DNA of 44,406 nucleotides from Octopus bimaculoides (GCF_001194135.2 NC_068982.1:20002201-20046606); one strand, 5' to 3'; numbered from the stretch's first letter, positions 12,663 through 24,671 are shown. Notes: generated by a model not told the origin, from the letters alone. Numbers and translations are program-made.

Positions 12663-13830
12663 AGCAGTACGAGCTGCTGGGAAGCAGGGAGTCTAGGGAT
12701 GTACCGAGTAATTGTTAATAAACAAAACTGGTGCAGAAGGATAGTAGGAGCCTAGTTTCAATGTGGCTGGACTATAAGCAAGCCGTTGAATCTGTCCTCC
12801 AATCATGGATGTTAGAAGCCCTTCGAATAAATTTCCGGTGAGCATAGCCAAAACCGTAGCTGACCTGACTTCATCATGGGCCGCCATCTTGCAGTTAAAT
12901 ACAAGGAGTGATTGTATTATCTCTGATAGAATTCAGTATCGTAGATGTATATTGCAAGGGGGCAGCCTCTCTGTGATGTTGTTCATACTTTCTACAAATC
13001 CCTTGACATTAATGTTAAGGAAGTCTAAAGTGTATCTCACTGGTTCAGAAGGGAAATACTGAAACAGAAATACTAATATTACATACTGTTTCTTCGTGGA
13101 TGACTTGAAACAATATGCCAGGAAAATTCAAAAGATGAAATAGAGCCTTGAATTAGTTACAATATTCTGAGAGGAAATAGGGTTGAAGTTCAGGATAAAT
13201 ATTGCTATATTGTTGTTAAAAAGGGGAAGACTGTAAACCAGACAAGCAACATCAACACCAATGACCTGACTGTTTTCCCTATATCTGATGAAGAATGCTA
13301 CAGTTATCTGTAGATACACTTGAGACTTCCTTAACATTAATGACAAGGTATTTGTAGAAAGTATGAACAACATCACAGCGAGGCTGTCCTCTTGGAATAT
13401 ACATCTGCGATATTGAATTCTATCAGAGATAATACAATCACTCCTTTATTTAACTGCAAGATGGTGGCCCACGATGAAACATATCATATATCTTACGAAG
13501 GCATGAAGGGCCACGATGAGACATATCACAAATCTCACGAAGGCACGAAGTGACCCACAATGTGTTTGCCGTGGTGGTACTCATACCAAAATTAGAGTTA
13601 CTTGATCGGATGCTTGATGAGATACTAGCCATTGATGTGAAAACCCAGAAGATACTAGCCAGCATATATAAGTTTCACATCAACAGTGACAGACTGAGTC
13701 TATCTAAAACATAAACAAGGGGGCAGAGGCTTTACCGACTGCCTTTGAATATCGTATCATATTCCTTCAGCAACATCTTTTAACCACCAAGTGTCGAAAT
13801 GCATCCCTTGACCAACTTTGCATACATGTG
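12663..13830 (+). mobile_element. R4/Dong-clade (restriction-like endonuclease) LINE, RT core fragment with internal rearrangement
   Basis: Motifs in order: GCTE*LLINK, MWLDYKQAVES, RCILQGGSLSVMLFILSTNPL, FFVDDLKQYA, EIGLKF, YSYL; after an inverted insert, HNVFAV, IDVKTQKIL, FHINSD. This fits R4-clade RT and thumb. Confidence 0.85.
12870..13479. repeat. Inverted duplication: arms 12870-13037 and 13312-13479, 274-bp spacer
   Basis: Hand alignment of arm 1 with the reverse complement of arm 2 gives 11 substitutions and 1 indel over ~168 nt (~93%). Confidence 0.95.
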
Positions 13831-13879
13831 GCTGATAATTCAGGCCAGATGTTAAAAAAAATATATATATACCGCATAC

Positions 13880-15215
13880 CACGTGGAATTTCACAAACAC
13901 GATCATGTCTAAAAGGAATAACAAAACTACCGACAAAAACAGCACTACAGAACCAATAGGCTTTCTGAGAAGACCTAAGTACACCTCTCATTTTGCTTGA
14001 ACTCTACATCGAAACCAAGATTTATTTCGATGGTATGAAAAAGCCACAGAATGCCATTTTATCGGATATATGAAGCGATTTTAAAAAATACTGGGACGAA
14101 TCACGTGCCAGCTTACGCACCTTTACTGAAAAAAACATCTTCAGCAACAAGCAACTTACATTTAAAAGAAAGATGGCTTACTGTCGTGATGTAAATCCAG
14201 CTTCTCAAAACACTCAGAAGTGGCCAAAATCTTCTAGAAGGTAGATCGAAAGCAATGTAAACAAACATGCTCGCACCATCACTAAATTCTCATGTCTCTT
14301 CAAATACATCTGCGTCAAACGGCTAACTGGAATATATTCAATTTAGAAACAGCCTGAAACCATAGTTCGCAGAAAACTTGTCTCCTTTTTCGAAACTATC
14401 ATTAAGTGTCAGACTGTTCTGAACAAGATTAAATAAAAATACAGCAGCTCTAATATTGAAAGTTATCGACGACGTCACTGGAGAACGTATAAAATCATGC
14501 GATGTTAATTACTGGAGAATTAAGAGTGATAGAAGCTTGTGTATTTGAATACACAGCTTCTATCACTCTCAAAGAACTCTTAGGAGAATTTTCTGCAGTA
14601 TACTTGATAACAAAACTACCAAACGGAAGCAACGTAGAAGAAAAACAAAACTTGAAGAAAACATCAACAATCTGCGCTGCCATATTGGATGATTAACTAC
14701 AATAACAAAATGTACGAGGACTAATGAATTTATGCCTCATTAATTATATCTTATGAATAAATTAACGAAACTATATGGTGACTCTTCACACCAACCTCTT
14801 GAGAGAAGTTTAATAACTCTAAAACATCTAAAATATTACCGTTAAGTAATTCCTCTATCAAGATTTCGAATGATTCTGGTTGAAAATCTGAAGGGAAAAA
14901 GAGGAATTTCAACCTTAATGCATCGTGGCTAAATGCAGTAAAGAGGAAAAAAAAACTGTACCAACATCAACAGTAAAACATGCAATTCACCGTGAACACT
15001 ATAGCTGTAGGCAAATTGCATAATGGTAGCTGAAAGGAACCTAAATAGTTCGATGCTGGTATAAAATGTTGAAAGTTTTTAGGAAACCGCTAACATGTAT
15101 ATTAAGAAGCAATATGGAAGGTCAGATTGACATACGAAATTGGCTCAAGAGTGAAACCACCGAATTGGCTGAAAACTACAGGCCCATTAGTTGCCTAAAC
15201 ATTATTATATAATAT
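13880..15215 (+). mobile_element. R4/Dong-clade LINE, N-terminal region up to the start of RT
   Basis: Decayed ORF from an ATG near 13905: GYMKRF, KYWDE, LEENINNLRCHIG, FNLNASWL, ending ENYRPISCLNIIY (start of RT). Confidence 0.7.
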
Positions 15216-15329
15216 AACAAAAAAAACAAAAAAGTTCGAATCACGAGTACATGGAACATGAACTATTCTTTCGAACAACGAACGACACAAATGGAAAACA
15301 GACCCTCGTTCTTCCTCTGNNNNNNNNNN

Positions 15330-15470
15330 ACATATCATATTTAGAAAAAGCAGGCAGTCAGGATTTTGGATAAAAATTATTTATTCAGAGCTTTCGTCGC
15401 TTTTGAAAGACTCATCAGGAATGATATATTCATAGAAAATTCATACCTTTTATATAGATATATAACTTGG
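15330..15470 (-). mobile_element. Probable Penelope-like element terminus with degenerate hammerhead core (15383-15422)
   Basis: Minus strand reads ATTC CTGATGA GTC tttcaaaagc GAC GAAA GCTCT GAAT. Confidence 0.45.
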
Positions 15471-15790
15471 AAAAAATCCGGAGTTGAATTTGTGTACTGG
15501 CGTTTTGGGAAGAGCATGTTTTAGGAATGGTTGCGATGTTTTTGGTTACTTTGAATCTACATGTGTGTGTATATCTCTGTGTATGAACGTGTATATGAGC
15601 GTATGTTGACCTTCTTTTGTAGGCTCAGTTAGAGGGAGAAAGAAAGAAATTTGTTTGACATATAACCAATATTTAGAACTTCTTGTAAATTCTTATGCAT
15701 CAAAAGAGACAACCTACAAGAAAAGATCCTATTATGATCCAAGTTTCTTCTCCCTGGTCTCCTGACTTAGAAAGATCACAGATTCCATAT

Positions 15791-15832
15791 AAAGAGAGAG
15801 AGAGGGAGGGAGAGAGAGAGGGNNNNNNNNNN

Positions 15833-15888
<56 letters not shown>
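15791..15888. repeat. (GA)n with 10-N gap
   Basis: Directly visible. Confidence 0.95.
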
Positions 15889-15892
<4 letters not shown>

Positions 15893-16364
15893 ACCCTTAA
15901 AATGCTCTTCATATATCTTACGTGTTTCATTAATTATATTAATGGTCTTTATATAGGGTAACCTAATATGCAGATTATAATATCACCTTGTAAAAGATTT
16001 TATGGTATTTTAAAATAAATTTTAAGCTTTATATTTAAATTCGGAGAGTATAATGATATCAATGACAAAACTAATGTGTTAGAATAGATCAAAACTTTTC
16101 CTTAAATACCCAGTGACGTGAAGACAATCTTACTTATCAAAGTAGATAAGAGGATTAATAACTATGTCTCTATTAGATCTATGAAAAAATATATAGAGAT
16201 ATATATTGTTAGCTATCAAGTATCAACAATCTCAGCGGGATATTTCCGCAACTTAGTTATCGTCTTTGGATGGCAAGCTTCTAGTTACTATTCATTTTCA
16301 AGGACATTCCAAACAGTGCACATATGTATGCAAATACAAACACATATCATTGACACATACATAT

Positions 16365-16546
16365 GTACATACACACACACACATACACACACACGCACGC
16401 ACGCACGCACGCACACACAAACAAACATACAGACAGACACCCACGCAAACACACACACACACTTATATATATATTCATATATACGTATGTATAATCCTGT
16501 GGTTCGGTACGTGTGCTTATCTATGAATATTTATATGTACACATAC

Positions 16547-16580
<34 letters not shown>

Positions 16581-16653
16581 GTACATATAAATATACATAG
16601 ATAAGCACACCTACCGACCCACAGGATTATACATACGTACATATGAACACACA

Positions 16654-16710
<57 letters not shown>

Positions 16711-16800
16711 CCGTGTGTGTGAGTGTGTGTGTATATACATAGATAAGCATACCTACCAACCCACTGGATTATACGTACGTACACAAAAACATACACACAT
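16365..16800. repeat. Microsatellite mosaic with three copies (one +, two -) of a ~50-65 bp unique unit
   Basis: Unit TACGTATGTATAATCCTGTGGTTCGGTACGTGTGCTTATCTATG at 16482-16550; inverted copies at 16577-16639 and 16733-16780. Confidence 0.9.
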
Positions 16801-19800
16801 GTATATAAGCTAGTGAACGTAATCGAAACTGCATTATGTGAAAATCGCCATCTACGTGTCACGCCACGTATATACACACGATTAGTAGGCATGATGCTGG
16901 GGGAATTTTCATAGATAAAATCTCTGATGATTACTTGTTTAAACATATAATATATCATAGTGAACATAATCGTGCAGTAACTCACGAGAACAACTCACGA
17001 ACTTTGTCTTTCTTGTAAGTTGTCAATACCATGAACTCGATTGTAACCGGCTGAAACGAAATTCGTGCCGCGTTTATATAGGAAACAGTGAATAAAATAT
17101 TCACTGGCATTGCTGAAGCTTGCCTGGGGATGGATAAACTCCGTACATACAATTGTAACAACATCAAATTATAATCGCCATCTGTGTATGATACTAAATA
17201 TGTACACACAATGGGAAGTTAGGATGTTGTGAATTTATGGAGATCAATTCTCTTCATAGCATTCTCGTGTTAAAATTTCAATGTATATCGAAGAGAGATG
17301 AACATCAATGCGGTAGTGGCTCATGAGAGTGGATACGCGATTTGCATCTCTAGAAAATTCTCATTGCCGTGCAGCCCGTTGCTACCAACTTAAGAGTAAT
17401 TTTTGCCTCCTTATATAGTAAACAACGAATAAAATATTCTCTGACATTGCAGAAGTTTGCTGATCTGTAGAAAACGTCCGTCTATGCAATGTTATGTATA
17501 CATTTAGTATGACGCACAGATAGCGGTTGACATTAACACCATTACACATCTGGTTCTTTGTTTTATCGATCTTAGATAAGTGCTTGTTAGCATTTTTCTT
17601 CAGTGGTCAGTGGATGGCATACTTGCAAAGTAATGAACAATTGGCCTACTTCATTTATTGTGTGAATACTATCAATAAAGCTCTGTATACTGCATAAAGT
17701 CCATTAACTTGGCTTCCACTAAATCAAACGGAGGAATTCTATCTCTTTTGAACTATTGGTTGCCACATGCATTTGAGGGTCATTAACACGGTATCTCATG
17801 ACAGAAGGGTCATAAACTTAACATTTCTATTGAAAATTTTTAATGATGATATTGTATTAATTTATTATTACGTTCTAAAATTTCACTGCTATATTAATGG
17901 AAATTCGTACAAGTATATCTAATACTTAATGAACTTTAACTGATATGAAATTCGTACAGTGACTCTTTGGCATTTTATACTTTAAAATCATCCACGTCTC
18001 TCATTTTTTTCTCTCTCACCTCTCTTTCACTCTTTTTGCTTCTTCCTTAATACGTGTCCATACTCATAGTCACACACACATACTCGTACACATATTTTTA
18101 TAAATTATAAATGTTGTAAAGAAGATAGTAAAGGACTCAATGTATATATATATCATTGAATGAAATATTTACTGTATGTAGCACTTCTCATTGATTTTAC
18201 AATTTATATACATTCTAGTTTCCTATTGCAAGAGAATAACACTAACCCCTGGAGATGGCAACGGGAAAATCCTAGCAATGGAAAAAAAAAATGAAAATAA
18301 GCAATCCTAAAGAAAAGCATATTTGTATTTATAATGATTCCAACCACCTGCACATTGTTTTGGAAAACATAAACAATAATATTAGCGAAATCCACCCCGC
18401 TACATTAACCCACAAGAAGCTACTGCATATAAAGATAATTATAAGTATACCTCCGTCCCTCTGCTTTTCATTTACAGGAATACTTTTATGTAGTACACTA
18501 TGTTCTCCTCAGTCAAGTCCTCTAGTTGTACTTCCAGATATGCTGTACATAGCCTGCCAATAGTTTCCGATTTTATATCTTTATTTACTACACCTACGTA
18601 TATTGATGATGGACATCTCTTGCTTCGATGTCTATTTGGTTGCTCCGATACCACATGCTTGGATAGCTTGGAAGTTCCGGTGTCTGTGTCAGTAATTAAT
18701 CAACCTCATTCATCTGATTGCTATTTTCTAACTAAATTTTGGGAGCTTACAGAGATGTTTCTTTTTCTAACGTATTCATTCACTTGGAAAACTAAGTGAT
18801 GCATGCATTGTTCTAATGTAATAATCAACGGGAAACAACTGTAGAGCGTGCTCCAGAGACCGGCATTTGAAGCTATGCACAGGAACAGACTTCGTATAGA
18901 AGTCGTATAGAAGAAACCGAGATTGAATATTAGAGTGAGAGCGACTTCATCAGTTTGAGTCCTTGTTTTGCCATGTCATATGACCCCAAGCTTTAGAAGA
19001 CCCATTTCCTTCGATACTTTTTTATTTTCAGTAGAAATGGATGATTCTGGAGCACATTGCAGGAGATTATCTCAATTTTCATGGCATATAACTGAAGCCC
19101 AATCTTGGCCTTTTGTATTTCTATTGTACTCAAGTGCATTACATGCCATATTATTCATTTCTCAAACCCGTTTTGGTTAACTGTTAAACTTAATACAGCC
19201 AAATATTTCCTGGTCTTTAAACGTTTACCTTCGCATTTCTTTTTACAGTATAAATTATTTCTTAAAAAAAAAAAAAAAACGTGACTGTATCCTATTCAAA
19301 AAGCTTAATCACAAGTAACTCAATCAAAATATCTGAAGGAAGCACTACATGCATCACGACGCCTTTTAAACCACTCCTGCAACACTGATCCCAAAAAATT
19401 ATGTTGGAGACTTAATTTAGACAACGACAATTATACCATGTATATTTCTTCAGGAACACATGGGGACATAAAAATATTATCTAGCTCTGTTCAGGAGATG
19501 AATGTTCTTGACACTGCATTTGGTGGCAAATTGAAATCTTTAAAATGCATAAACAACAAACACGTAGAATATGATATTTACACCATAAATCTCCCGCTTA
19601 TGAACTTCGTAATTAATTGTCTATTTACTCAAAAAGTGTTAAATCAGAGATTATTAATATGTACCTACAAGTTGAGGCGTCACATATGTGTAGATGTAAA
19701 TATACATGATCATACGACTCAAAGGGAACTACGCACAATAGATAAATAATTCATATACACGTACAATCCTTTAAATTTTCTTTGAAGTTTTTACTTTTCG

Positions 19801-20024
19801 GAAAATTAACTTACCAGCAATAATTAATAGTTAAACTAAGAGAGGCCTAACGTGCATTTTGTGAAACTGTGATTTATCCCATATACAAATGCAATTACAA
19901 TGTTTAAGTATCTAAGTATACCACTATTAATTTGTCTAACTCGAGAGTTGTACATCTTAATGTTATTGATAACACCATGACGGTGCTTCTTTTCCCTAAA
20001 GTGAATGGAGCTCTCTTCTGAAGG

Positions 20025-20230
20025 AATTGATGTCATCAGACGGTATCCAACGATCATCGGGTGTTTAAACTCTGAACTGTAACACCCTCGCGTTGGTAGA
20101 TCAGTAGAGGTGGCCAGATCACTGCTCACCATCTCCTGGCTTACGGCTTAGGTTAACTCCTTTCTCCTGTTCCACAACCAGCCAAAGGCTCTTTCTGCTG
20201 TCTCACCCAGCCACGCTTCGCTCTATTTCC
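20025..20230 (-). mobile_element. 3' end of a Hero-like non-LTR retrotransposon
   Basis: Minus-strand peptide WLGETAERAFGWLWNRRKE (Hero-type C-terminal E.AERA..WLW.RR). The 3'UTR has GAGGGTGTT...AACACCCGATGA...GGATAC..CTGATGA, matching Hero 3'UTRs as I recall them. Confidence 0.7.
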
Positions 20231-20599
20231 ATAATTCCATTAATTCATGAGTAGTAAGTAATGCAATCGTTTTAGAAAATTTGTTTCAACGCATGCGAAG
20301 TGCAAATTTCCTATTCCATTTAAAACACTTTCACTGACAGTGTTATCGTCTAAATGCTGTTGTCAGTGATTATGTCCCAATTGCAAAGATGGTTTTTATT
20401 CTTTAAGATGACTTGCATTCCTAGTTGTGTTATACATATTCTAAGACGGTTCACAAACACAAATCATCACAGCCATGATACGTTGTTCTACTCTCCGTGT
20501 GGAGCATGTTATACTTAATTCCAAGCGAATATAAGTAGCTTTACAGCAGTACATTAGCACTGTTTCCAGAAGCGACTAAATAGATGCTAGACGGTATTT

Positions 20600-21790
20600 T
20601 CTATGAATTAATTATAGTATTCAATATTTCCTCATCGGTGTCTATGACAAATAGCAGCAGGTTGAAAGAATTTCCAGTTATGTAAGATTGAGAATGTTGC
20701 TTCTGATGGGGGATCGTCATAAAGGACGTTATCGAAAATTTTAAAGAAATAATACTGCTGAACTCAAATTTAAGTAAGTTAGTCATTGGGGTTGCAAAGA
20801 TTTGATACTTATCGAGTTTCACAAACCTGTATGCTGAGACTTGATCCACTTATATGAAAATACTCTTCATGAAAGACATCGAAGAGTGATGCAGCATTTG
20901 ATGTCTTTTAATGAATTTAGATTGCTTTAAACCTACAATATCGAATGTCGGTATGTAACTTCTGGCCTGAGTGTAAATGGTATCGCGATAGGATATATGA
21001 GCTAGATTACACTGTATTGGACAATAGCATCTATTTTGTGTTAGTAGAAAACATTAACCATTTGCAAACATTTTGAATACCATACGCTGTTCATCAAAGA
21101 TGTCTCCTCTCATCGATTCTGAACATTGACCTTTTACGGCAGATGTTGGCTGCAAGAAGACGGATCAGCATAGATGATAGTGTCAATGTTCTTGTCGATC
21201 GCATCGGTAATCGACGTGGTCGTAACCATAGTGAAGATGTTTGGGATTTTAACAGGACCCACCACTAATCATGGCAATGGTCTTGGAAACTCGGTCTAGG
21301 GACTTGGGATTTAGTAATCATACTTCAAGTAAATAATAAATGGAGCTATGGACATCCGGAAGTGGGCTAAGATGAACATATTCCTTAATAGTCAAATGTA
21401 CGTGGCAAATATCTGCATCTATTTCGTAATATATTATATTCCCAACATTATATTCCTGCACCAGTTTTGAACGAAGTAGTTTGGCAGATCTGGACTTACG
21501 CTTCTTGAGGAAGATATAGGTTGGCTTCATCATGTTCTTTTTCCGACATATTTATTAATTTTAATACTAAGAGAAATTGTGGGTAGCTTTCGTAAAGCTC
21601 ATTCTTACACCATCTGCCTTTTTTGAGGGAGTTGCAGTCCCAAATCATGAATAATGTGGTAATGACTGTACAGAATACTACCTGATGCTTTCACTCGTTC
21701 CTGCATTTGTTGGGGTATTTGGTCGGGAGGGGTTCTAATCCTGTCTGCGTAGTATTTCCCAGCCTTTGTTGGCAAGTGCCTTTATATTCT
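20600..21790 (-). mobile_element. Highly decayed LINE RT (CR1/L2/I-like)
   Basis: Minus-strand motifs in RT order across frames: TPSKKAD, PTISLSI, LLRSKLVQEYNVG, GSC..PNIFTM, NIDTIIYAD. Confidence 0.5.
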
Positions 21791-21996
21791 AAGTTATTAA
21801 ACTCACCTGGTTTTCATATTGTAATCCGGGTTGATCACTCATTCTGTTGTAAATGCATAATTTATCAATTTTGTCGCTAGTCATGCATTATTATAAATCA
21901 CGTAAGGAAGAAAAGCAAAATTAAACTATTGTTCTTAGGACTTCGTTTAGTTTCATGGGGTTAAATAAGTATAAATTTTGCCGGAGCACCATATCG

Positions 21997-21997
21997 G

Positions 21998-22072
<75 letters not shown>
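21997..22072. repeat. (GT)n microsatellite
   Basis: Directly visible. Confidence 0.97.
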
Positions 22073-22076
<4 letters not shown>

Positions 22077-23805
22077 CGTATTTTGTGTGAGTGAGTTTAT
22101 TGCAAATAGCGCCAAGTAAGTCTGTTTAGAACGCATTTTTCTATAGTTTTGACAAAATTCGTCAGATTTCAAAACTTCAAATTAGAAATTTATTTAATTT
22201 TAACGACGTGTTTTGCATCTAACGTCTGTGACGCGAAATGGTTTTTAAAAAAAATCAATGTTTATATTTGAATGAAAACTTAAAATATATATTTAGAAAT
22301 ATATATTTCCAATCGTGAAGTATTTGTTGTGTTACCCTCTTGCGACTAAAACCTATAAATCCGAGTAATGTTGCTTTACTTTAATCTTGAAAAGAAATGT
22401 TCTTACATAAAACTTCAGCTATTTTATTTTAGAGCGTACCTTATCTCGAGACACTTTTTCCAATTGCACTTGAAATTCGTCATGTTTTGGAAATAAATTT
22501 TGTCGAAACCCCCGGGCACTTACAGAAAATCAAAAAATAAATTAGAAAAACAAGCATATAATGAAAGAAAAATGGAATATGCATCCCGATAAGTCTTATT
22601 TAAATAGAAAAATATTTCTCCTTTCCACAATTTTATGTTAAATTTTGCATTCTATTTTTGCATTTGTAGTATCTCGAGTATTATTTAGTTATTTCTTTTT
22701 TACTTTGACTTTTAAGAATACCAAATCAAATTGTAGATTCACTCCTTTGTACAAAACGGACGGAAGTTTTATAAAAGAAAAATGAATAGAAGAACTAAGC
22801 GGTATTCTTAAAAATATATCTTTGTAAGATTCTAAAAATATTACTTTCGTTTGCAATCGTTTTGAAAAGCATTGAGTTACATTTTTCTTTACAAATAGGT
22901 AAGTCGCTTACGTCAATGCATAATATTGATCAATAAATTTGGCAAACTGGATATTGCAAAAGGCTGTAATGGATTTCTACAGAAGTAAACTGCGTTTAAT
23001 ATTAAGGGTCTGGTCATACACAGTGCATCAATCGATCCTTTATTTCAATCCGGAGATGCTACATTAGCAGTCATAAGATGGCATCTAGAAAACTGTCATT
23101 TTCTGATGCCTGATGTTATTTAATAAGGAGAGCTTTCTCAATTAGTCCTTTCTCAATAAATTTAGCGCGCTTTGTTTCGTAATGCAAATTTTTGATTATA
23201 TGCATCTTACAATAATTTTTATTACTGACGTTATGTACAAACATTTTGGAATTCCATATTTCTGGTTTTCTCTACATATAGATTTTAGGTGGTTATTCTT
23301 TGGTTCTTAAAGAGTGGGTTGAGAAGCATTTTGCATTTAGGTTAATGATGTAGTCCAACAGTTTCACATCTTTACCTAATATCACATTAGCCTCAAATGC
23401 GCTGGAACGAAGCATTTACTATAAGAATCTGAGGTGTGAGTTAAAAACATGCTGTTTTCATCTGTACATCATCATTTTGCTGAGCAGTAAAACAACCAAA
23501 TTCTTCGTCGATGGGTTAGTAGCACGGTAGAGATGCGGTTCAGCATCTCCACCTGCTGCCTGAGTTCTAGAGGCAAAACGCTCAAAGAAATTCATGTAAC
23601 AAGATGTATCATCAACATTATAGTAATCTTTGAGAACGACGGTGACGAGAAGGGCAAAAGTTTAAATACATTACCAACTGTTAGTATTCTGAAGAGAGCA
23701 GAAATCATACACGGGTCAGCAACTTGTGAACTTTGATGCTGCAGATAATCAGACGATATGTGTTGTGTGTGAGTATGCATATATATATATATATATATAT
23801 ATATA

Positions 23806-24639
23806 NNNNNNNNNNNNNNNNNNNNNNNNNNNNNNNNNNNNNNNNNNNNNNNNNNNNNNNNNNNNNNNNNNNNNNNNNNNNNNNNNNNNNNNNNNNNNNN
23901 NNNNNNNNNNNNNNNNNNNNNNNNNNNNNNNNNNNNNNNNNNNNNNNNNNNNNNNNNNNNNNNNNNNNNNNNNNNNNNNNNNNNNNNNNNNNNNNNNNNN
24001 NNNNNNNNNNNNNNNNNNNNNNNNNNNNNNNNNNNNNNNNNNNNNNNNNNNNNNNNNNNNNNNNNNNNNNNNNNNNNNNNNNNNNNNNNNNNNNNNNNNN
24101 NNNNNNNNNNNNNNNNNNNNNNNNNNNNNNNNNNNNNNNNNNNNNNNNNNNNNNNNNNNNNNNNNNNNNNNNNNNNNNNNNNNNNNNNNNNNNNNNNNNN
24201 NNNNNNNNNNNNNNNNNNNNNNNNNNNNNNNNNNNNNNNNNNNNNNNNNNNNNNNNNNNNNNNNNNNNNNNNNNNNNNNNNNNNNNNNNNNNNNNNNNNN
24301 NNNNNNNNNNNNNNNNNNNNNNNNNNNNNNNNNNNNNNNNNNNNNNNNNNNNNNNNNNNNNNNNNNNNNNNNNNNNNNNNNNNNNNNNNNNNNNNNNNNN
24401 NNNNNNNNNNNNNNNNNNNNNNNNNNNNNNNNNNNNNNNNNNNNNNNNNNNNNNNNNNNNNNNNNNNNNNNNNNNNNNNNNNNNNNNNNNNNNNNNNNNN
24501 NNNNNNNNNNNNNNNNNNNNNNNNNNNNNNNNNNNNNNNNNNNNNNNNNNNNNNNNNNNNNNNNNNNNNNNNNNNNNNNNNNNNNNNNNNNNNNNNNNNN
24601 NNNNNNNNNNNNNNNNNNNNNNNNNNNNNNNNNNNNNNN
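23806..24639. other. Assembly gap (other gaps: 6294-6313, 15320-15328, 15823-15832, 25335-25568, 27962-28442, 34594-35473, 36222-36539, 40430-40535)
   Basis: Runs of N; the long X-rich ORFs in the track are artefacts of these. Confidence 1.

Positions 24640-24671
<32 letters not shown>

Noticed and set aside
13466-13562. CRISPR-like or regularly spaced repeats (also 12462-12558 and 16482-16780)
   Set aside because: Tandem or inverted units without unique spacers; eukaryotic context; no cas genes.
16843-17185. Two ATCGCCATCT motifs (YY1/CTCF-like) about 330 bp apart; possible MITE
   Set aside because: Only partial motif matches, in direct orientation, with no TIRs or TSD found.
19438-19749. 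103-aa ORF in unique DNA (also 11340-11669, 18500-18799, 18968-19180)
   Set aside because: No recognisable domain, and a few ORFs of this size are expected by chance; no consistent phase chain of exons could be built.
20028-20075. Hammerhead in the Hero 3'UTR (CTGATGA on minus); also CTGATGA at about 2200, 13285 and 18945
   Set aside because: No GAAA with a properly paired stem II and III.
23500-23575. 7-bp hairpin GAGATGC-GGTTCA-GCATCTC
   Set aside because: Probably a decayed piece of the GGCGGCGAGCTGG SINE, whose GAAATGC..GTATTTC segment is self-complementary.
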